From contig JAWQFM010000020.1 in assembly GCA_033442325.1 (NCBI GenBank), positions 1,040,564-1,087,958 on the forward strand: DNA of 47,395 bases, read 5' to 3'. The translations under genes were made by a program, and so were the position numbers. This stretch comes from Salpingoeca rosetta (lineage: Eukaryota > Protista > Choanoflagellata). Below the pieces are notes generated by a model. It was given only the letters and a program-made list of their open reading frames with translations, did no database searches and was not told where the DNA came from. Positions 30,978 to 47,395 of the stretch are shown here, one piece after another. Each line of letters starts with the position of its first letter. Position 1 is the stretch's first letter.

Positions 30978-31671
30978 TCACCACAGTGCGTCGTCATCAT
31001 CGCTGCTGTGCTGTTGCTGGTCGTGTTTGTCGTCGCCGTTGCCAAAGTCAAGCCCGCCACCGTCGGAAGACTGGGAAAAGTGGAACGACTCTGAAATGTG
31101 TTGGATATCATGCGAGGATGAGCGTTCCGCACACACACAAGGACGAAAAGACGCAACGCAACGCACACGCACACGCACACGCACACGCACACGCACACGC
31201 ACACGCACACGCACACGCACACGCACACGCACACACACGCACACGCAAATACACACGCACACATATACCTGATGGAACGTTGCTGCTAATGGGTGACTCC
31301 CGGCCTTTGTCACCGCTACCGCCACCTGACTTGACGTCTCCCTCCTCCTCCTCCGAAACATCACCGCCGCCACCGCTAATCTCAAAGTCGTCCTCAAACT
31401 CAAAGTCGTCTTCATAAGCGTCCTCCTCGTCCTCCTCCTCCACATGCTCTCCTTCATCGCCACCCACGGCTTTAGCGCCCTGCAAGGAGCCATGCCCTGC
31501 CACTTGCAGCCCTTGCTGCTGCTGTTGGCTGTTCATCTGCTGCTGGTCTGAGCTCGCGCCAGCCTGCTCTCGGGCCTGCGCCACGCGCGCCATGTACATG
31601 CGCATCACATCGTCCATCGCATCTGCACAGAATGGAGTGAACAAGAACGCGGAAAGCGGTTAGTGTGGTGT

Positions 31672-31723
<52 letters not shown>

Positions 31724-32773
31724 TGTGTGTGTGTGTGTCTGTGTGTGTGTGTGTGTGTGTCTGTGTGTGTGTGTGTGTCTGTGTCTGTGTGTCTGTGTGT
31801 CTGTGTGTGTGTGTGTGTGTCTGTCTGTCTGTGTGTCTGTGTGTGTCTGTGTGTGTCTGTGTGTGTCTGTGTGTCTGTGTGTGTTGAGACGCGCAATGTG
31901 TGACCGAGACATCCAAACCCACCCATACACACACAATCAAACTCGCCAAGCAACACATACGCACCATCCAAGTTTGGTGCGCCGGCTTCCGCCTCCTTCA
32001 CATCATCAACTGTCAATCCACAACAAGGGCAAGCGCGCGAACGTATGTGCAAATGAGAACAGACGGACGGAAATGAGTAAAGCCGCTTTCCTTCCCCCCC
32101 CCCCCAAATATGCATGACACGAGCTGACATCAACACGACCATCGGAAAAGACTGCATCTTCACCTGGCTCGTCGCTCAAGATGCTGCTGTAGTGTGATGA
32201 AGGCTCGGGCCTGCACACATTGTCAACACCATCGAGTGGGCAGCAACCGTGGTGGACAAAACGCCCGGTGAACACAACGAAAGGAGGACAGCACAATAGA
32301 AAGGAGGCGGGGTGCCGGATCCACTGACTTCAACACGAAACACATGCAACCAAAGCAACAATCCAGTGGATGCAAGCTATGACTCACGTGTTTGAGCCCT
32401 CATCCTCGTAGTGGTCATTGGCGTGTGGTGTTGGTGTGACGGTACCATCCCCCTCTTCATCGCCACTGTCAGCGGCTGACGATGGGGATGGTGTGACTGC
32501 TGCCTCAAGCTGTTGCTGAGGTGTTCAAACAGGTGCACACAGTCAGATGAGCCAGATTGGGTTGCGTGAACATTGGACAGAAGGGGGAACAAAAAGCAGG
32601 TGCAAAGCGACAACGAGCAAACCAAGAATGCAGCCACGACGCACCATTTCTTCCTGCTGCTGCTTCACTGCCTGCATTTTTTCTTCCTCCTCCATCTGCT
32701 CATGACGTGCAGCAAAGTGTCAAGCCAAGAAAGAGGGTTGTTGTAGTTGAAATGAGCACGTGAGCATGCATGC

Positions 32774-32804
<31 letters not shown>

Positions 32805-33802
32805 TGTGCGTGTGTGTGTGTGTGTGCGTATGTGTGTAGATGTGTGCGTATGCGTGTGTGTGGATGTGTGTGGATGTGTGTGTATGCGTGTGTATGTGTG
32901 TAGATGCGTGTGTATGCGTGTGTGTAGATGTGTGTGTGTGTGTGTGTAGAACGGACAATACATCTAAGAACAGACAGTGCATCGCATGTGGATTTCGCAC
33001 CTCTCGGAGTCGCTCCAGCGCAGACTTGCGAGGCCGAGACAGTTGCTGTTGTTGTGCTTGCTGCTCCTGCTGCTGGTGCTCTTGCTGTTGCCGTGGTTGG
33101 GTGATGTCTCCCACCAACCCGCCCACTTCAGGGTCCACCTTGTGCACCTCCTCCTCATCATCATCATCATCACGCACATCAAGGTGCACAGCGATTTCTT
33201 CTTCAACACCTTCTTCACCTTCTTCTGGCTCATTTCTCTCCGCTTTCGGCTCGTGTGCTTCTATCCCCGCCATCAAGCTGTCATCATTCAAGCCCATAGC
33301 TTCCGCTTCCTTCTTCACTACACTGCTATCACTCCCCTCACCCTCCACCATGTCCACGGGCGCCGCCACCTCCTTCTCTGCTTCCTGCTGCTTCCCCTCA
33401 CCCTCTTCCTTCTCTTCCTCATCCTTCTCCAATCCCATCTCGTCACCCCATGTGCGTGCTCCTGCTGGCTCGTGTCCACGTGCCTCAAACACCTTCGAAA
33501 ACCGCCGCTCAATGTCAGCACTCACACTGCTCGACACAGATGCATTGCCATCGTCGTCATCACCATCACCATCACGCCCATCAACCACATCACTGAAGTG
33601 GGGCGTGGTGGTTAAGGTGGCACCCTCACCACGACCACCACGACCACCAGGACAACCAGGATCACTGCTACCGCTACCCCTGAGCGCTGGTTGCAGTGTC
33701 GTCACAACTGCTGCTGGTGCTGCTGGCATTGTCGTCGTCGTCGTCGTCGTTGCTGTTTGAATTTCCCGGCGCAAACCGCCAGTCTGCAACCACGACGACG
33801 AC

Positions 33803-33866
<64 letters not shown>

Positions 33867-34972
33867 CCCCATCCCCTGTGCGACCGCTTTCACCAGACAC
33901 GCCGCCCTCATCATACGCGGGCGGTTTGGGGAACAGGGTGGCAGGCCGTGGCTGAGTCATGGACGAACCAAACAAGGACAGTGGGGACACTGGCGCTGCC
34001 TGTGCCGGCGTTGATGACGAGGGCTCTTCCCATGGCTTCACACGCCCTCTGCTCACAGGCGGTGTGTTGGACGCGAGTGACTCTGGCCGCTGTTGTTGTC
34101 GCTGTTGCTGTTCTTCCTGCTGTGGCTGCCGCTGGTGATGCACACTCGGTTGCTGCTCTTGCTGCTGCTGCTTGGTTCGTTGCAGTTGTTTTTCTTCCTC
34201 ATGTCTGGTAGCCCCTTCATCCCTTCCCATGTGTACCTTCCTCTCCTGTGTCACCAGCGAACTCGCAGCCCCATCTACCCCACTCCTCCAACGATCACTG
34301 CTTTCACCGCTTGCTCGGCCCAGCACACCCCACTCGTCGTCACTGCGCGCACCCGCCGCTCTCCATCCATCGCGCGCAGCAGCTGGTGTCGACATCAGGC
34401 CAACACCATCACCAACACCATCGACACCACCATCACCAGCACCGCCAAGCATCCCCTCGTTCCCAACACCACCATCGCCGAAACCAACACCAGGATCAAC
34501 ACCAGCACCGCGACGGACATCACGGCCACCATACGCCCGCTTCACTTCAATCCTGTCCACGTGATCTTCGCCTCTTCGTTGTGGACGTGTTCTTGCTGCC
34601 TTGTCTGCGCCACAAAATCCATGCTCATACCGTCCAGATGCGCGCTCCCTCCCCCTTCGACCGCCATCATCACGACCACCACCATCACGACTGCCTCCAA
34701 GTTGGTGTGGGTACAACTGCTGGATGCTGCTCTCGTCCCGCTGCTGCCAATGACGACCGAGATCACGAAATGAATCAACACTCACGTCGTGTCGCCCTCG
34801 CTGTCGTTGCTGCTGCTGTGGTTCCTGTCGCTGTTGTCGCTGCTGAGGTGCCGGCTGCTGGTGATGGCGTCTGTGTTCCGGTAGCGCCGCTCCTCTTCGG
34901 CTGTGCAGTGACAGGTCCGCCTCCTTCATCACAGCCACACGACGCGACAAATCAAGTGTCGCAACATGCACG

Positions 34973-35008
<36 letters not shown>

Positions 35009-38000
35009 ACATCACCGGCAGCACCAGCAGCACCCACGGTAATGTTGGTACGCTGGCGTGTGCTGTCGCTGCGCGTATGCGCGTCACCAGCCAATGCATC
35101 GGGTGAATATCGCAGGCGGCGGTCACGGTAGCGGCTGGCATCAACGACGTTGCTCGGCATGCTCCATGCACGCTGGTGAGCAGTCAGACACCAACACGGC
35201 AGAGGGTGAATGCACACAATGAAGAAGAGGGTGAGCTACATAGCAAGCAAGGGAACGCAGCCGCACACATGTACGCGCACCTGCGTCCTTAAGCACGTAC
35301 GCAAACAAGCGAACAGAAAACAAACCAACACACACACACACACACACTTTGACGCACCTGGGTTCCGCCTCCAGCAGTTGAAGGCTGTATTGGGACGCGC
35401 GTGATTGGAGGAGTGGACCAACTGTCCACATCGCGATGGAGCAGCTGCTGATGCAAGGACGTCAGCTGCTGCTTCTGCTCCGCCACAAGCGACTGCGATT
35501 GACTGCATGCATGTGTATGCGTGGATGTGGGTGGTGCATGCGCATGAGCTTGAAACAAACTCGTGCGTGTGTGCGTGTGTATGTATGTTTGTAGCTGCAT
35601 GCGTCACACGGATGCGAAGCATACATGTGCAAACACAGTGCATTCACACGCGCATACAAAGTGCGTTCACGCACGCGGACAAAGTGCACACATCAAGCAC
35701 GGGAAGCATACACGAATGCAGTGTGTGTGGGGGGGGGCAACTCACGCTGCAATCTGCCGCTCGTATTCCACCATGCGGGCGAGCTGTTCATTCCGCTGTT
35801 GCAGTTCATGTGCACGCGCGCGCCATTCCCGCTCCCCACGGGACGGTCCTTCGAAACGCTTCATTCTGGCCTGCAGATCCGCAATGAGCGAATCCTTCCT
35901 CTCGATGTCACGCTCGTGGTCCGCCCGCAGCTGCGCATTTTGATCCTGCTCATGCGCACATGACAAGCACACCCAAATCGTGAGGAGAGACAACACCAAC
36001 ACAAAACAAGAACAGCACACAACCCAACGCTTGCTCGCATAACACATACATCCAATCAAGAGAGAGGGAAGGTGGTTGTGTGTGTGTTTGTTGTGCTTGT
36101 GTGGGTGTGTTTGTTGTGCAAGTGCGCTTATGCCCAGCCATACCTTCCACTCTGCCAGCTGTGATTGCAGTGCGTCAAAGCCGTCAATCTTGTATGCAAC
36201 AGCGTTGAGTTCAGCAAGGTTGATCTGCATGCGCGTGTTCTTCTGCTGCAATTCCGTCACTTCCGCCTTGAGCCGCCGCGCCTCGTCCGTGAGATCCCGC
36301 TTCTCCTCCTGCAAGTGCTGAGTCAGCAGTTGTTGTCTGGACACCGTCGCCTGCTGCTCTTCGAGCACGTGCTCGCGCTGACGCAATTCGGACTCGCGGT
36401 CCGCCAACTGCGCGCGCAACTCATCCTGTTTGTGCGTATGAATGTGTGTGTGTATGTGTGTAAAAGTGAACGAAAGCGATGGTTGAAAGACGGCAGTTGC
36501 GTGCATGGAAAATCACACAAGTTCAATTCCCCGCCTGCAAGACACACGCACACACCTTCACAAACACACACACACACCTTCATGGCGGCGATTTCCGTCT
36601 GCAGTTTCCGCTGGTACTGCTCCTCCATCTCTGCCATCGTCTTCTCCTTCGCGCGAATCGCGTCCTCCGTGTGTGTCGCTGCGTCCTCATGCAGTCGCGC
36701 CGCCCTGATGATGGTGGTGATGGTTATGGTGGTGGTGGTGATGGTGGTGGACGTGATGATGAGGATGACAACGGCAGCGACAGCGACGATGACAAGAGAA
36801 GTGACACATGACACAAGCAGCACAAAGCCCGCGGTCGGATGCATATGCCGGTGCAAGTCAGACCTCGCTGTGTGGTGTGCTTCCCGCTGCAACTCCGCCT
36901 CCCTTGCAGCCAAATCGCGTGCGCGCGCTTGGATGTGCTGTCGTTCTTCATACAGCGTGCGCTCTGGTGCGAACACGTGTGCAATCCAACGTACAACCAG
37001 CATGGAAAAATACATGACATGAGCGCCGTACACACAACACACACACACACACAACACAACTTACACACCACACACACCACAAACACACCACACACACCAC
37101 ACACGCACACGCGCGCGCAGTGCACGGCCGCGAAGCAGATGTGCCCGTACCAATCTCCTGGAGACGTCGATGATAGGCGCCATCGAGGTCGTGCTCGCGT
37201 TTGGCCAGCTGTGAAAGACGCTCCTCGTATCCAGCCTCCATTTCAGCCACTTTCTCGTCATACTGTGCCCTGCAGTGTGTGAAAGCCACAGACGAAGGGA
37301 TGGGTGTTCAGTGTGACAGCCTTCCCATCAACACACGAGCATCCTCACGCACGCACATGCACACACATGCACGCACATGCACACACATGCACACGCACGC
37401 ACACAGTTGCCGCATGTGTCTGACACCACACGAATATGTGCACATATGTACTTAAGCTCGATGCGGGCCTGTGCCTTCACGCGCGCCAGCTCGCTCTGTT
37501 TGAAATGCTCCAGTTTTGAGGCCACGTGTGCCTCTGCACGCTTCATTGCCTCTCGCTCGATGGCCTGCAGCCGCTCCTCCACTGAGCTTTGGGCACCCGC
37601 CTGGTGGCGCGAGTGTGCTGCGCTGTAGCGGCTGTCCAGCTCCGCGAGCCGGGCTTCCAGCCCAGACTGCGCCCAGTCCTCGCTTGACGTCTGCGTTGCT
37701 ATGGCATGGCGCTGTGTCCGCAGCGGCTGCGCAAGCGCGTGCACGAGGCGAAGCAACGTGCTGGCGCTTGGCACCACCACATCGTCTGCTGTGCCATCGC
37801 CCACCAGGACACTGGTCAGCAACCTCTCTGCATGTGGGGAGAGGTAGTCGACAGAGCAAGCCTGCTGCAGATGACCAAGGGTGAGCTGCCCCGCAGAGGC
37901 GCGGTCGACGGCCCTCGAGTCTGCCAGCTCAGAAGCAAAGATGGCCCTGCTGTAGTCAAACCCACACGCCTCCAGGTGATCGAGCACCAAGCGGTGCAGC

Positions 38001-38242
38001 CCGCACACGTCTGCAGGCGGTGGCTGGTCTGGTGAGGGCAGTCGGAGCGATGCTGCCTGTGCTGGCGTTGGTTGTTGTCCACTCTGTTGTCTGCTGTGTT
38101 GCTGTTGGGGCCGAGTATGTTGTTGTTGCTCCCGCCCCAGCGTGCGAATGACCTCTGCCTTGAGGCCAGTGCGCACCCGCCCTGCGATACCTGCGTGCTC
38201 CAGCCGCTGCTGCACCAGCCGCCGGAACTCCTGCGCGTCCAT
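30978..38242 (-). CDS. OFD1: Oral-facial-digital syndrome 1 centriole/basal body protein homologue (TOF/LisH, long coiled coils, large low-complexity exon)
   Basis: N-terminal [32 protein letters not shown] (TOF); [21 protein letters not shown] (LisH); ATQTS...[12 protein letters not shown]...[14 protein letters not shown]; YEERQHI...LAAREAELQ. Late MRMYMARV motif and an acidic end DDDDALW*, matching the OFD1 layout. Confidence 0.88.
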
Positions 38243-38933
38243 GGTGTTGTGTTGTTGCCTTCTTTGCTTGCTTGCTTGCTTGCTCGATAACGGTCGGGAC
38301 TGAATTCAGTTACCACGTGTTTGTGCGCTTACTTGTTGTTGTTTAAGTTGTTGTTGTTGTTGTTGTTGGTTGTTGTTGTTGGTTGTTGTTGGTGGTGGTG
38401 TCTGTCTGCCCATCTGTCCGATCACATGTCACACCCACGTAATCACACACACACACACAAACATACACGCATACTCTCTCTGTCTCTCTCGCTTAGTTTC
38501 CGCGACACATTGCCTCGACGAACGAATTGCTTTAGCTCTGCACAGACATGTACACACACACGCGCGCGCACACACACACACGTACATCCACAGACATGTC
38601 GCGCGCACACACACACTCTTGCAAACAAGACAAAAAGAGGAAGTGCACACATGTTGTATGAAGAGAACACGGGGATAGATACAAGTGAAGCTGACGAAAG
38701 CAGGAGAAGCAGAACAGAAAGCAGTCCATTTGTACGACAAACAAAATAAACAATAAACCCCCCCCCCACACACACACACACAGCAAACGACGTCCAACCA
38801 CTCCCATGCATCTGATCTTCTGTCCACACTGTTGCTTCAAAATAACCCCATTCGCTGGCTTGTTGACCGGCTCACTGGCCTGTTGCGATACCACCACCAC
38901 CACCACTACCATCATCATCATCATCACCACCAC

Positions 38934-38971
<38 letters not shown>

Positions 38972-39022
38972 CCATCACCCACACACACACGCCCCCCCCC
39001 CAAATGCATCACACCCGTGGTC

Positions 39023-47395
<8,373 letters not shown>

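Overview
Gene-dense, intron-rich eukaryotic DNA with GT-AG introns full of (CA)/(TG), (AAC) and (CAT) microsatellites. It is most consistent with a choanoflagellate such as Salpingoeca rosetta (inference from style and gene content). There are three 100-N assembly gaps. Splicing exons by hand gives ten protein-coding genes: (1) a secreted or cell-surface protein with CSPG-like, HYR, Ig and PQQ-like propeller domains, running off the left end; (2) an Aa_trans-type transporter; (3) an unknown signal-anchored protein; (4) a MIT-like plus EF-hand-like protein; (5) an ANKRD16-like ankyrin protein; (6) a CS + Sel1 + tail-anchor protein; (7) DNAAF1/ODA7; (8) RIB43A; (9) OFD1; (10) the 3' part of an NWD1/NWD2-like WD40 STAND protein ending in a CaaX box. 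Highlights: three flagellar genes in a row; a 14-bp RFX-type element shared by two bidirectional promoters, which nominates unstudied neighbours as ciliary genes; a probably prenylated NLR-like protein; and a compositionally foreign ~375-bp intronic insert. Most ORFs in the supplied track are microsatellite artefacts. All family assignments come from motif recognition, not database searches.
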